Shown here piece by piece: positions 18,142-27,851 of a stretch of 52,698 nt of DNA. Under the pieces are notes generated by a model. It was not told the origin of the DNA. It searched no databases and saw only the letters and a program-made list of their open reading frames with translations. The stretch is from a virus (Duplodnaviria > Caudoviricetes): positions 1 through 52,698 of the IMG/VR virus record IMGVR_UViG_3300017647_000006, one strand, 5' to 3'. The position numbers were made by a program, and so were the translations under genes. Numbering within the stretch: the first letter of the stretch is position 1; every line of letters begins with the position of its first letter.

Positions 18142-19583
18142 CCCCTGAGATCCATCTCCCCCGTAATGTCGAAGCCGAAGCCGCGCTCATCGGCGCGATG
18201 CTGATTGAGAACAAGATCATCGACAGCCTGCCTTCCGCGCTGTCGGTCGCCCATTTCTATGAACCGCTCCACGGCCGCCTCTTCGAGCGCATCGTCTCGC
18301 TGTTCAACGAAGGCAAGGGCGTCACCGCGGTCACGCTCAAGCCCTTCTTCGAGAATGACGAAGCGATGAAGGAGGTCGGCGGCATCGGCTATCTCGCGCA
18401 GCTCACCGGGAGCGGCGCAGGACTGATTGGGGCAAAGGACTTCGCCAAGCAGATCATCGACCTCGCCATACTGCGCGAAGTCATATCGGTAAGCCGCACG
18501 CTGATCGAAAGCGCAACCGACACGTCGGAATCGATCGACCCGGAAAGCCTTCTCGACGAGGCGCAAAGCGCGCTTGAGAAGATCAACGGGACCGAGGCAG
18601 ACAGCAAGATGGCATTCAGTGCCGATGCCTGCGTCGACGAGGTCATTGCCGAATGGGACCAGCCCTCCGCCGGCGTCGCCTGTGGCTGCATCCCCGAACT
18701 GGATAGAGCGCTTGGCAAGATCCGGCCCACAGAACTTGTCATCGTCGCAGGTCGTCCTGGCTCGGGAAAAACCGCTCTCGCCGTCTCCTATGCGAATGGC
18801 GTTGCCCGTAACGCGCTCGACCCCGAAGATGCCGGCGGCGGAGGCGTTCTCTTCATCAGTCACGAAATGTCGGCCCTTGAACTCGGCGGGCGACTGATCG
18901 CCGACACGGCTGCCTATTCCAATCCGATCGACTATTCGAAAATCGCGAATGGCTGGCTGAACGCCGAAGAGCGGGAGCGGATCACCAAGCTGCGCAACCA
19001 GATGCGCAAACTTCCGCTCGAGGTCATCCAGACACCGACGCTTACCATCCCCCGGCTCCGCGGTCTGGTACGGCGTTGGAAGCGGATCTTCGAGAAGCGC
19101 GGCGTCCCGATGCGCCTTTTGGTCGTCGACTATCTCCAGCTCATGTCGGGATCGAAGAAGGGGCGAGACGAAAACCGCACCGCCGAGATCAGCGAGATCA
19201 GCCGGGGCCTCAAGCAAATAGCGATGGACGAGCAATTGGGTGTCTTGGCCCTGTCCCAGCTAAGTCGGGCCGTCGAGCAGCGCGAAGACAAGCGCCCTCG
19301 CCTCTCCGACCTTCGCGAATCCGGTTCGATCGAGCAGGACGCGAACAAGGTCGTCGGCCTCTACAGCGCGCTCTATTATCATGAGCAGACGAAGCCATCG
19401 CCCGGCTCCCCGAATTTCGAAACCAAGCTGTTCGAATGGGAGGCCGATCGGGCCGCCATCAAAGACCAGATCGAGATGATCATTCTGAAACGCCGCAATG
19501 GCGCCTCAGGGATCACGGTCAACGGCTCATTTCTCCGAGAATACCAGGCCGTCCGCGGCCTCAACTCCAACCAGACGAGGTAA
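18138..19583 (+). CDS. dnaB: Replicative DNA helicase
   Basis: PRNVEAEAALIG, AGRPGSGKT Walker A, VVDYLQLM, LSQLSRAVEQREDKRPRLSDLRESGSIEQDA. Confidence 0.95.
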   Translation: MTPEIHLPRNVEAEAALIGAMLIENKIIDSLPSALSVAHFYEPLHGRLFERIVSLFNEGKGVTAVTLKPFFENDEAMKEVGGIGYLAQLTGSGAGLIGAKDFAKQIIDLAILREVISVSRTLIESATDTSESIDPESLLDEAQSALEKINGTEADSKMAFSADACVDEVIAEWDQPSAGVACGCIPELDRALGKIRPTELVIVAGRPGSGKTALAVSYANGVARNALDPEDAGGGGVLFISHEMSALELGGRLIADTAAYSNPIDYSKIANGWLNAEERERITKLRNQMRKLPLEVIQTPTLTIPRLRGLVRRWKRIFEKRGVPMRLLVVDYLQLMSGSKKGRDENRTAEISEISRGLKQIAMDEQLGVLALSQLSRAVEQREDKRPRLSDLRESGSIEQDANKVVGLYSALYYHEQTKPSPGSPNFETKLFEWEADRAAIKDQIEMIILKRRNGASGITVNGSFLREYQAVRGLNSNQTR

Positions 19584-19588
19584 TCAGC

Positions 19589-20425
19589 GTGGCACGCATC
19601 AGGTCCATCCATCCCGGGTTTTTCACCGACGAAGACCTCGTCTCGGTCAGCATGGCCGCGCGCCTTTGCGTGATAGGTCTCGGGGTTGAGGCGGACGACA
19701 AAGGCATATTCGAGTGGAAGCCGCTCATGCTCAAGATGCGGCTTTTCCCCGCCGACAATATCGACATGAGCGAAGTCCTTTCCGAATTGGAGGGCGCTAA
19801 CATCGTCCGAAAGTTCGAAATCGAAGGCCGTCACTACGGCGCAATTCGGAATTTCAGGAAGTTCCAGAAGCCTAAAACCCCCAATGACGTGCACCCAAGC
19901 ACCCCTGATATCCGAAAATATGTCGGCTTAACCGATGACGTTTCGGAAAAGTCTGGCGGTAAGCGAGGTAAATTTCCCCAAAAAGGGGAAAAGTCATTTC
20001 AGATGGAGGATGGAGGAGGGAAGATGGAGGATGTAGAGGAGTCTGATCCTCCTCCTCAGCCTAAAATTCCGCGCGAGCGAAACTCTGAGAAGTCCGCTCG
20101 GGGGAGCGGGAAGGAATATGCTTTTGCGGGGAGCGTGATCCGCCTGGTCCCTGCCGACCTTGATCGCTGGAAGAAGACCTACCACGCCATCCCCGACATC
20201 GAGGCCGAGCTCTCGGCGCTCGACGACTGGCTGCGGGGAAAGCCTGACAAGCAGGCCGACTGGTTCCACATCGCCAGCGGATCGCTCGGACGGAAACATC
20301 AGGAGCATCTTGCGAAAGCCAAGCCGGAGCCAGCCGCGGAATATGTTCCCAAGCGCCAGCACAGCGCGGAGGATCTTCTGGCGGCGAAGCAACGTCTGAT
20401 CGACCGCGGGGAATTCGCGGTATGA
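19589..20425 (+). CDS. Phage replication initiator-like protein
   Basis: GTG start, ARIRSIHPGFFTDE...ARL..IGL...ADDKG N-terminal winged-helix type domain, next to dnaB. Confidence 0.7.
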   Translation: MARIRSIHPGFFTDEDLVSVSMAARLCVIGLGVEADDKGIFEWKPLMLKMRLFPADNIDMSEVLSELEGANIVRKFEIEGRHYGAIRNFRKFQKPKTPNDVHPSTPDIRKYVGLTDDVSEKSGGKRGKFPQKGEKSFQMEDGGGKMEDVEESDPPPQPKIPRERNSEKSARGSGKEYAFAGSVIRLVPADLDRWKKTYHAIPDIEAELSALDDWLRGKPDKQADWFHIASGSLGRKHQEHLAKAKPEPAAEYVPKRQHSAEDLLAAKQRLIDRGEFAV

Positions 20426-20652
20426 CCCGCCCCAGCGGCTACCCCACCTCGGCAGCGGGGATCGGCAAATTCGCCGACCAGATGCGTGACCCGGATCCAG
20501 CCAATGGACGCTCAGCAGCCCGCGAGATGCGCGAGAGATCAGGCGGCAAGCTCGTGGTTTTCTACACCGATCACCTGTCATGGCCGATGGCGACGCGGGT
20601 CAACCAGCTTGCCGATGAGATTTACGGGCCGATGAAAGGAAAAGGACAATGA
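20422..20652 (+). CDS. Hypothetical protein
   Basis: Overlap-coupled ORF. Confidence 0.55.
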   Translation: MTRPSGYPTSAAGIGKFADQMRDPDPANGRSAAREMRERSGGKLVVFYTDHLSWPMATRVNQLADEIYGPMKGKGQ

Positions 20653-21440
20653 AAGCAATTCGCTGGAGCAATAACGACCGCTATTTCGGGCGCTTCACCT
20701 ATGCCCATGAACCGCGCCGCAAGCAGATTGTCGTGATGCTCGGATCGGGCGACGGCGACGATTATCCGGGCTGCCGCTTGCGCCTCGCGCTCGGCTCGCA
20801 CACGCTCATCATCGCCCTGCCCGCGATCATCAAGCCATTTCGGCGCTGGGTCGACACGTCGCATTATGAATGGTCGAAGGGCGAAGGTAGCGGATATTGG
20901 GACCAGCACGAGCGCGAGTACGGCTTTTCGGCATCCGAAGGCGCGGTCCACTGGCACTACGGCGAGCAGACGGACGAATGGCCCGGCTGCAAGTCGAAGG
21001 TCTGGTTCTTCCCGTGGCGCGAACATCGGATGGTCCGTTACAGCCTCTACGACCTTGAGGGCGAGCATTTCGCGGACCTTCCCATAGGCCGGTTCACCCG
21101 GAACAGGTCGGACGCCAAAGCCGCCCTCAAGGGTGCCTGCCCCGCCGCTCGATACGAGTTCGAGGACTTCGACGGCGAGCGCATCGTCGCGACCTGTCGC
21201 ATGGAGGAAATGGAATGGAAGCGCGGCAAAGGCGTCTTCCGGCTGCTCTACCTTGGCCGCAACAGGGTCGACCGATCGCTGGACCTTCGCTTCTCGTCTG
21301 AGGTCGGAAGGCGCAAGGGATCGTGGAAGGGCGGCACGGTCGGCCACGGCATCACGATGCTGCCCGGCGAGACGCACGAAGCTGCGTTCCGGCGCTATTG
21401 CAAGCAAGAGGGGCTGACGTTCGTCGGCGGCGTGAACTGA
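20649..21440 (+). CDS. Hypothetical aromatic-rich phage protein
   Basis: 263 aa, RBS and ATGA coupling. Confidence 0.7.
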   Translation: MKAIRWSNNDRYFGRFTYAHEPRRKQIVVMLGSGDGDDYPGCRLRLALGSHTLIIALPAIIKPFRRWVDTSHYEWSKGEGSGYWDQHEREYGFSASEGAVHWHYGEQTDEWPGCKSKVWFFPWREHRMVRYSLYDLEGEHFADLPIGRFTRNRSDAKAALKGACPAARYEFEDFDGERIVATCRMEEMEWKRGKGVFRLLYLGRNRVDRSLDLRFSSEVGRRKGSWKGGTVGHGITMLPGETHEAAFRRYCKQEGLTFVGGVN

Positions 21441-21635
21441 TGCAGCCAGCCCCCCACATGACGACCAAGGATTGCGAATGCGGCGCGCGAATGACGGGCG
21501 CTGGGAGGGTGAAGGGGTGACGGGCCGCCCCCGAAAGCGCTGGATCATCACCCGCTGGGCATTCTTCCGCGACCTTCGATGGATCGTCGGCAAAGGCTGG
21601 ACCGCTCGCTATCAGATTGAGGACACGAAGGCATA

Positions 21636-22364
21636 ATGGACCACGACCCCGACATCCCCAGCCCCCGCGAGCGCGAGATCGAGCAGGCGGCCGACAAGCT
21701 CGCCCGGGCCATGATGGACGAAGATCCTGTCGCCGCGGTGGAAGCCCTGAAGGCGAAAGAGGACGCGCGCCGAACGAAACTCCTGCGGCAGGCCCGTCTC
21801 GACGCCAAGGAGGAATCCGAGCGAAAGGCGGCTGAGCTGGAAATCCGCTCCGGCGTGTTTGTGAACGTCGGCGATGCTGTCGTCCCACCCACCCCGGAAT
21901 GGCTAGCCAAGCATGAGACAAGGTCCGTCACGGTGCAGGCCGATGGTCAGGGACACCATGCCCGATCGGTCAAGACGGTGCGCCGCGTGATCGTAACGCC
22001 GGTCAAGCGCGCCTTCGAGGCCGGGAAGATCGACGAGCGCCAGCTACGGGCTTGCACCTGGTATGCCGACCGATACGAGGAAACCGGGCTGGACGGGCGC
22101 ATCTCGTCTGCGCAGACGGTCGATAGGATCAGGGCAGGCATTCCAGCGGGCCTGATGTTCGGCGACTATCAGCTTGAGGCGATCGACGATATGCGTAAGG
22201 CGCGAGGCGTGATCCCGGCGAAATATCGACGGTTTTTCGACATCGTTGTGCTCCAAGAGATCGGGGTAAAGCGAGCCGAGAGGATGGCCAAATGCCGCCG
22301 CAACAGCGGGATGCTCACCCTTCGAACGTGCGCGGATGCGGTCGCGGACTGGCTTGAGCTGTGA
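21636..22364 (+). CDS. Putative late-gene regulator (Q-like position)
   Basis: Last early gene, C-terminal sigma-4/HTH-like helices, followed by a promoter and terminator. Confidence 0.5.
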   Translation: MDHDPDIPSPREREIEQAADKLARAMMDEDPVAAVEALKAKEDARRTKLLRQARLDAKEESERKAAELEIRSGVFVNVGDAVVPPTPEWLAKHETRSVTVQADGQGHHARSVKTVRRVIVTPVKRAFEAGKIDERQLRACTWYADRYEETGLDGRISSAQTVDRIRAGIPAGLMFGDYQLEAIDDMRKARGVIPAKYRRFFDIVVLQEIGVKRAERMAKCRRNSGMLTLRTCADAVADWLEL

Positions 22365-22413
22365 GCATTTCCCCATCTTTGGTGCTCAGCCCCATTCGTC
22401 CGCAATGATCTCG

Positions 22414-22446
22414 TTGACAACCTTGGCCCGACTTCTGTATCAGATT
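22414..22446 (+). promoter_or_regulatory. Candidate late promoter (pR'-like)
   Basis: Perfect TTGACA at 22414-22419 with TATCAGATT around the -10 position. Confidence 0.5.
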
Positions 22447-22476
22447 GCCTGTCTCAAAGCTGCGACTGCAGCACAA

Positions 22477-22503
22477 AGGGTCGGCCAAGCGCCGGCCTTT
22501 TTT
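22477..22503 (+). terminator. Intrinsic terminator (tR'-like)
   Basis: GGTCGGC-CAAGC-GCCGGCC hairpin followed by T6. Confidence 0.7.
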
Positions 22504-22522
22504 GTATCTGGCGAGGTGACGC

Positions 22523-22873
22523 ATGGGCAGACTAAAGACCCTGCGCCCCAGCGTCCGCTCCCTGCCCTCGACGATCGCCTATGCCCCAAAGGACGAACAG
22601 GAGCGCGACCGCTTCCGGGGCAAGCAGCACTGGCGCAAGTGGTACAGCACCGCACGGTGGCGCAAGCTCCGTTGGGCAGTCCTCGTGCGGGACCGCTTCA
22701 CCTGCCAGCGGTGCGGGAAGCTGGAAGGGAATACATCCATGCTGGTGGCGAACCACAAGCGCCCCCACCGCGGCGACGAGAGACTGTTCTGGTCCATTGA
22801 GAATTTGGAGTGCGCCTGCCGACCCTGTCACGATGGGCTGATCCAGAGAGAGGAACGCGCGAGCGGGTTTTGA
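22523..22873 (+). CDS. Packaging-associated HNH endonuclease (HK97 gp74-like)
   Basis: WYSTARWRKLR...RDRFTCQRC...NHKRPHRGD...NLECACRPCH, upstream of terS. Confidence 0.88.
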   Translation: MGRLKTLRPSVRSLPSTIAYAPKDEQERDRFRGKQHWRKWYSTARWRKLRWAVLVRDRFTCQRCGKLEGNTSMLVANHKRPHRGDERLFWSIENLECACRPCHDGLIQREERASGF

Positions 22874-22939
22874 CCCGCGATCGACGCGCGGCAATCCTCG
22901 AAAAACCGCAGAAAACCGTCACTTTTCAGCCCCCGCGCA

Positions 22940-23025
22940 ACAAAATGGGGGGGGCGAGCAAGAATATTTCAAGGCGTTTCCGTCCCTCACCGGTGCCGCC
23001 CTCACAAAGAGATTTTTTATTCGAT
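22940..23025. other. Candidate cos region
   Basis: Intergenic between HNH and terS, with a G-run, GC-rich core and T-run. This is the usual location in HK97-like phages. Exact cut site not determinable. Confidence 0.4.
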
Positions 23026-23052
23026 CCGGGAATTTCCGGGAGACATTCGCAA

Positions 23053-23478
23053 ATGGCAAAGAAACCTCAGGCGCCGAGATCGGGCGGTCGCCCCGAATAT
23101 CGGCCGACAATCGAGGCCCGCCAAACGGTCGAGCAGATGCGGTTTGTCGGAGAATCGGAAGACGTCATTGCGCGGGCGCTCGGTATTTCGACGCCGACCC
23201 TACGGAAGCATTTCAAGGAAGAATTGGCGGACGGCCATGCGCAGCGCCGTAAGGAAGTGATTGGCCTGCTGTTCGCTGCCGCCCGCGACAAGAACGTCTC
23301 GGCGATGAAAAAGCTCGAAGAGATGGGGCGGGTTGCGGGTGCGGCCGAGGCGGTGAAGCGTCGCGAAACTGCGCCGCCGAAACTCGGCAAGAAGGAGCAG
23401 CAACAGGAAGCGGCGGAACAGGTGGGCGGCAAGTTCGCCCCTCCGTCTGGCCCGAAGCTGGTTGTCAATAACCGCTGA
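23053..23478 (+). CDS. terS: Terminase small subunit
   Basis: [31 protein letters not shown] motif, coupled to terL. Confidence 0.8.
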   Translation: MAKKPQAPRSGGRPEYRPTIEARQTVEQMRFVGESEDVIARALGISTPTLRKHFKEELADGHAQRRKEVIGLLFAAARDKNVSAMKKLEEMGRVAGAAEAVKRRETAPPKLGKKEQQQEAAEQVGGKFAPPSGPKLVVNNR

Positions 23479-25184
23479 TGCAGTGGTCAACCGCCTGCAC
23501 TGACTGGGAGCAGCGGATTGTTGAACGGCGATCACTAATACCGTTCGACCCGCTTTTCCCGGATGAGGCGGAGGCGGCGCTCGCGGTGTTCAAATCGCTG
23601 CGCATGGTGGGGGTGAGCGGCAATCCGACCTTTGGGGAGGCTTGCGAGCAGTTCGTCTTTGATTTCGTTGCGGCGATCTTCGGGGCCTATGACGCGGAGA
23701 GCGGCAAGCGCCTGATCAGCGAGTTCATGCTCCTGATCAGCAAGAAGAACGGCAAGTCGACGATCGCGGCCGGGATCATGCTGACCGCGCTGATCCGGAA
23801 CTGGCGCGAGCTGGCTGAACTGATCATCCTGGCGCCGACGCAAAAGGTCGCAGGCAACAGCTTCAAGCCTGCCGCGGCAATGGTGCGAGCAGATCCGGAG
23901 CTGTCCGACCTCTTGCAGGTGATCGACCATCAGCGGACGATCCGGCATCGCATCACGCGGGCGGAGTTGAAGGTGGTCGCCGCCGACACGAATACCGCGG
24001 CCGGGTCGCAGGCCGGGTTCGTGCTCGTCGACGAGCTATGGCTGTTCGGAAAGCGCGCGAACGCCGATGACGTTCTGGAGGAGGCGACGGGCGGCCTCGC
24101 CTCTCGCCCCGAGGGTTTCGTCGTCTACCTGACGACGCATAGCAACGAACCGCCGGCGGGTGTTTTCAAGGACAAGCTGGACCATTTCCGCGATGTGCGG
24201 GACGGCAAAGTCAACGACCCGCAAAGTCTTGGGATGCTTTACGAGTGGCCCGAGGCGATGCTGGAATCGGAAGCCTATCTGAAGCCGGAAAACTTCTACG
24301 TGACGAACCCGAACATCGGGCGGTCGGTTACGAAGGAGTTCATCCAGCGGAAAATTGGCAAGGCGGCCAACGACGACGAAGCGGAGATCGACGAAGACAC
24401 CGGCGAGAAAGAGACGAAACAGATCGTCCTCGCCAAATATCTGAACGTCGAAATCGGGCTGAACCTTCGGCGCGATCGCTGGGCCGGGGCGCGATATTGG
24501 CAAAAGGCGGCCGATCCGACGCTGAAAAGCCTTGATGACCTGATCGACCGATCCGAGGTCATCGTCGTCGGGATAGATGGCGGCGGGCTGGACGACCTGC
24601 TCGGCGTGACCGCGATCGGTCGCGAGAAGAAAACCGCTCGGTGGCTGTCGTGGTCTCACGCATGGGCGCAACCGGACGTGATGGCGCGCCGCGGTGAAGT
24701 CGCGACGAAGCTGCGCGGGTTTCAGAAAGATGGCGATCTGACCATCTGCGACGACCCGACGCAGGACATCATCGAGGTTGCGCAGGTGGTCGAGCAGATA
24801 CACGACGCGGGATTGCTGCCCGAGGTCGCGGGTGTCGGGGTGGACGCGGCCGGGATAGCGGCGATCGTCGAAGAGTTATCGAAGCTCGAGCTGGGCGAAC
24901 AGTGCATCGTCGCCGTCCAGCAAGGCTACAAGCTGAACGGCGCGATTGCCGGGTCCGAACGGAAGTTGAAGGACGGCACGCTCGTCCACGCCGACCAACC
25001 CTTGATGGATTGGTGCGTCGGCAACGCGAAGGTGGAGATGCGCGGAAGCGCGATGCTCATCACGAAACAGGCTGCGGGCCGGGCGAAGATCGACCCGCTC
25101 TCGGCGAAATTCAACGCCGTCATGCTGATGGCGCGCAATCCGGTGGCTCGAACGGCCCCAACCTATGAAATCCTAATTGTATAG
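23478..25184 (+). CDS. terL: Terminase large subunit
   Basis: SKKNGKS Walker A, VLVDE Walker [10 protein letters not shown] nuclease motif, KIDP. Confidence 0.95.
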   Translation: MQWSTACTDWEQRIVERRSLIPFDPLFPDEAEAALAVFKSLRMVGVSGNPTFGEACEQFVFDFVAAIFGAYDAESGKRLISEFMLLISKKNGKSTIAAGIMLTALIRNWRELAELIILAPTQKVAGNSFKPAAAMVRADPELSDLLQVIDHQRTIRHRITRAELKVVAADTNTAAGSQAGFVLVDELWLFGKRANADDVLEEATGGLASRPEGFVVYLTTHSNEPPAGVFKDKLDHFRDVRDGKVNDPQSLGMLYEWPEAMLESEAYLKPENFYVTNPNIGRSVTKEFIQRKIGKAANDDEAEIDEDTGEKETKQIVLAKYLNVEIGLNLRRDRWAGARYWQKAADPTLKSLDDLIDRSEVIVVGIDGGGLDDLLGVTAIGREKKTARWLSWSHAWAQPDVMARRGEVATKLRGFQKDGDLTICDDPTQDIIEVAQVVEQIHDAGLLPEVAGVGVDAAGIAAIVEELSKLELGEQCIVAVQQGYKLNGAIAGSERKLKDGTLVHADQPLMDWCVGNAKVEMRGSAMLITKQAAGRAKIDPLSAKFNAVMLMARNPVARTAPTYEILIV

Positions 25185-25194
25185 GAGAAACCCG

Positions 25195-25812
25195 ATGCAG
25201 AACCGGGCCTATTCGTTCATCGAAATCAAATCGATCAACGAGAAAGATCGCATCATCGAAGGAATTGCGAGCACCCCGTCGCCCGACCGCATGGGTGACA
25301 TCGTGAACCCCTTGGGCGCGAAATTCTCGCTGCCGCTACCGCTGCTCTGGCAGCACAATCACGACGAGCCAATTGGTCACGTTATCGAGGCGAGCCCAAA
25401 CGAGAAGGGCATCCCCTTCAAGGCGAAGATCGCCCAGACGGACGAACCGGGTAAGCTGAAAGACCTGCTCGATTTCGCATGGCAGAGCATCAAGATGAAG
25501 CTCGTCGCCGCGGTGTCGATCGGCTTTCGTCCGCTCGAATATGCCTTCATCGAAAACGGCGGCATCCGGTTCGATGAATGGGACTGGTTCGAGCTCAGCG
25601 CCGTGACGATTCCGGCGCAGGCCGACGCCACGATCAACGCCGTGAAATCTATCGACGCTGGGCTCCGCAAAGCAGCCGGCGTTCCCGACCCCGAAATTCC
25701 GCAACGCGAAGCGCCCGCCTCCTCTGGCAAATCTGTGCGCGTCGTGAAGCTGAACCCGCCAGCCGACGCATCGGTGGCACCCTTCGTTGTGCGCGAGATT
25801 AAGCGCACCTGA
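25195..25812 (+). CDS. HK97-family prohead protease
   Basis: IEGIAST...DRMGDIV, LLWQHNHDEPIG, VSIGF, ELSAVTIPA. Confidence 0.92.
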   Translation: MQNRAYSFIEIKSINEKDRIIEGIASTPSPDRMGDIVNPLGAKFSLPLPLLWQHNHDEPIGHVIEASPNEKGIPFKAKIAQTDEPGKLKDLLDFAWQSIKMKLVAAVSIGFRPLEYAFIENGGIRFDEWDWFELSAVTIPAQADATINAVKSIDAGLRKAAGVPDPEIPQREAPASSGKSVRVVKLNPPADASVAPFVVREIKRT

Positions 25813-25887
25813 CCCAAACGGATTGCCACGCTGTGAAGCGTCGCGTCCCGGTCCCCGGCTTCGGTCGGGGCGAGATGGAGACTATCC

Positions 25888-27300
25888 ATGAACCTCGCTG
25901 AACAGATTCGCGCCTTCGAAGAGAAGCGCGCGGCCCTCGTTGCTGCCAATGAGGCGATCATCGCCAAGGCGGCGGAAGAAGGCTCGACGCTCGACGCCGA
26001 GCAGGAAGAAGAGTTCGACAACAACCAGGCCGACATCGAGGCCGTCGACAAGCATCTGAAGCGCCTGAAGGCGATGGAGGCGACGGCGAAGGCCAAGGTC
26101 GAGGACGACAAGAAGAAGGCCGTCCCCGCGGCTGGCCAGAACTTCGACGATGCCAGCGCCTCGCGCGCCGGTCATCGCATCGAGGTCAAGACCCAGCCCA
26201 AGCTGGCTCCCGGCCTTGAGTTCGCCCGCCTCGCCAAGGTGAAGGCGGTTGCTCGTCTCGACAATGAGCGCCCGCTCGACGTGGCGAAGGCCATGTATGG
26301 CGAGGACAGCAACGTCTTTGGGCTCGTTAAGGGCGCGGTCGTGGCTGGCTCGACGGCCTCTGGCAATTGGGCGGCCGCGCTGGTCGGCGATGAAACCGGC
26401 GCTTTTGCCGATTTCGTCGAATATCTGCGTCCCGCGACTATCCTTGGTCGCTTCGGGCAGAACGGCGTTCCCAGCCTGCGCACGGTTCCCTTCCGTGAGC
26501 CGCTGATTTCCCAGACGGGCGGCGGTGCCGCTTATTGGGTCGGCGAAGGCAAGCCGAAGCCGCTGACCGCGTTCAACTTCTCGCGCACCACTCTGGAGCC
26601 GCTGAAGATCGCGAATATCGCGGTGCTGACCGAGGAAAACGTCCGCAGCTCGAACCCGAGTTCGGAAGCCATCGTTCGCGATGCGCTGCGGGACGCGGTT
26701 GCGGCGGGCATCGACACGGCGTTCATCGATCCGGCGAATAACGGTTCGCCGAACGTCAAGCCGGCGTCGATCACCTACGGCGCCGAGTCGATCGCTTCGG
26801 AAAGCTACACGGATGCGGACGATATTCGTCTCGACGTCCGTTCGGTTTTCCAGAAGTTCATCGATGCGGACAACCCGCCGAACTCGGGCGTCTGGATCAT
26901 GTCGGCGACCAACGCTCTCGCGCTGTCGCTGATCCTGAATCCGCTCGGTCAGCGCGAGTTCCCCGACATCAGCATGAATGGCGGCACCTTCGAGGGTCTG
27001 CCGGTCATCGTGTCGGAGTACGCGGGCACGACCGTCGCGCTTGTGAACGCCAGCGACATCTACTTCGGCGACGAAGGCGGTGTGATGGTCGACATGAGCC
27101 GCGAAGCGTCGCTCGAGATGCTGGACACTGGGCTTCAGCAGGACGCCACGGCCGGAACGGGCGCTTCGCTCGTCTCGCTGTGGCAGAGCAACCTCGTCGC
27201 GCTGCGCGCCGAGCGCGAGCTCAACTGGATGCGTCGCCGCGCAAGCGCCGTCGCCTACCTGACCGGCGTGGCTTGGGGTGGCTCGGTCAACCCGAGCTGA
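25888..27300 (+). CDS. Major capsid protein (HK97 fold with delta domain)
   Basis: N-terminal coiled coil, AYWVGEG..KP, GLPVIVS, LVALRAE. Confidence 0.93.
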   Translation: MNLAEQIRAFEEKRAALVAANEAIIAKAAEEGSTLDAEQEEEFDNNQADIEAVDKHLKRLKAMEATAKAKVEDDKKKAVPAAGQNFDDASASRAGHRIEVKTQPKLAPGLEFARLAKVKAVARLDNERPLDVAKAMYGEDSNVFGLVKGAVVAGSTASGNWAAALVGDETGAFADFVEYLRPATILGRFGQNGVPSLRTVPFREPLISQTGGGAAYWVGEGKPKPLTAFNFSRTTLEPLKIANIAVLTEENVRSSNPSSEAIVRDALRDAVAAGIDTAFIDPANNGSPNVKPASITYGAESIASESYTDADDIRLDVRSVFQKFIDADNPPNSGVWIMSATNALALSLILNPLGQREFPDISMNGGTFEGLPVIVSEYAGTTVALVNASDIYFGDEGGVMVDMSREASLEMLDTGLQQDATAGTGASLVSLWQSNLVALRAERELNWMRRRASAVAYLTGVAWGGSVNPS

Positions 27301-27306
27301 TGATGA

Positions 27307-27336
27307 GAGAGGCGGGGCTTCGGCCTCGCCTCTTTT
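27307..27336 (+). terminator. Intrinsic terminator after capsid gene
   Basis: GAGGCGGGGC-TTCG-GCCTCGCCTC followed by TTTT. Confidence 0.8.
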
Positions 27337-27354
27337 CCTGTTTGGAGAACCGAT

Positions 27355-27693
27355 ATGGTCGACATGATCGCCACGAAGCGCCTGAAATACGGCAATCGCC
27401 GCTTGCTGCCCGGTGACCCGTTCTCCGCTCGCCATGATCGCGATGCGCGCTTGCTGATCGGCATCGGCAAGGCCCGCTATGCAACGCGGATGATGGTGGC
27501 GGATGATGAGCCGGCGGTTCGCTATGAACCTGTCGATCCGCGCCGGAACACGATCGACGACACGCATCGGCCTGTCGAACCTGCCGACGACCGTCCGGCC
27601 CTGCGCGCCGAATATGAGGCGAAGTTCGGCAAGAAGCCATTCGCTGGTTGGTCGGCCGAAACGCTGCGTGAAAAGCTCGCAGCCGAACAATGA
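27355..27693 (+). CDS. Hypothetical head-region protein
   Basis: GGAGA RBS, C-terminal LRAEY...GKKP..GWSAETLREK helix-extension-helix-like motif. Confidence 0.7.
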   Translation: MVDMIATKRLKYGNRRLLPGDPFSARHDRDARLLIGIGKARYATRMMVADDEPAVRYEPVDPRRNTIDDTHRPVEPADDRPALRAEYEAKFGKKPFAGWSAETLREKLAAEQ

Positions 27694-27851
27694 ACGAAAT
27701 CCTCGCCATGCTGATCGCCGCCCTCATTGGCGCGGCGCTGATCCTCTCGGGCATCTATCTGCTTGTCGGCATGGCATGGACCCTGATCGCGGGCGGTCTC
27801 GCCTGCTTCGCCTTCGCTGGCATCATCCGTAGGGGCGTCTATCGTGCTTGA
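27690..27851 (+). CDS. Small membrane protein preceding portal
   Basis: Not in the ORF track. 53 aa: MNEILAMLIAALIGAALILSGIYLLVGMAWTLIAGGLACFAFAGIIRRGVYRA. Confidence 0.65.
   Translation: MNEILAMLIAALIGAALILSGIYLLVGMAWTLIAGGLACFAFAGIIRRGVYRA

Noticed and set aside
25882-27690. Long antisense ORFs (602 aa here, also 17988-19235, 5358-6554, 31358-32407 and others)
   Set aside because: These are shadow frames of well-supported genes in high-GC DNA, with no recognisable motifs.
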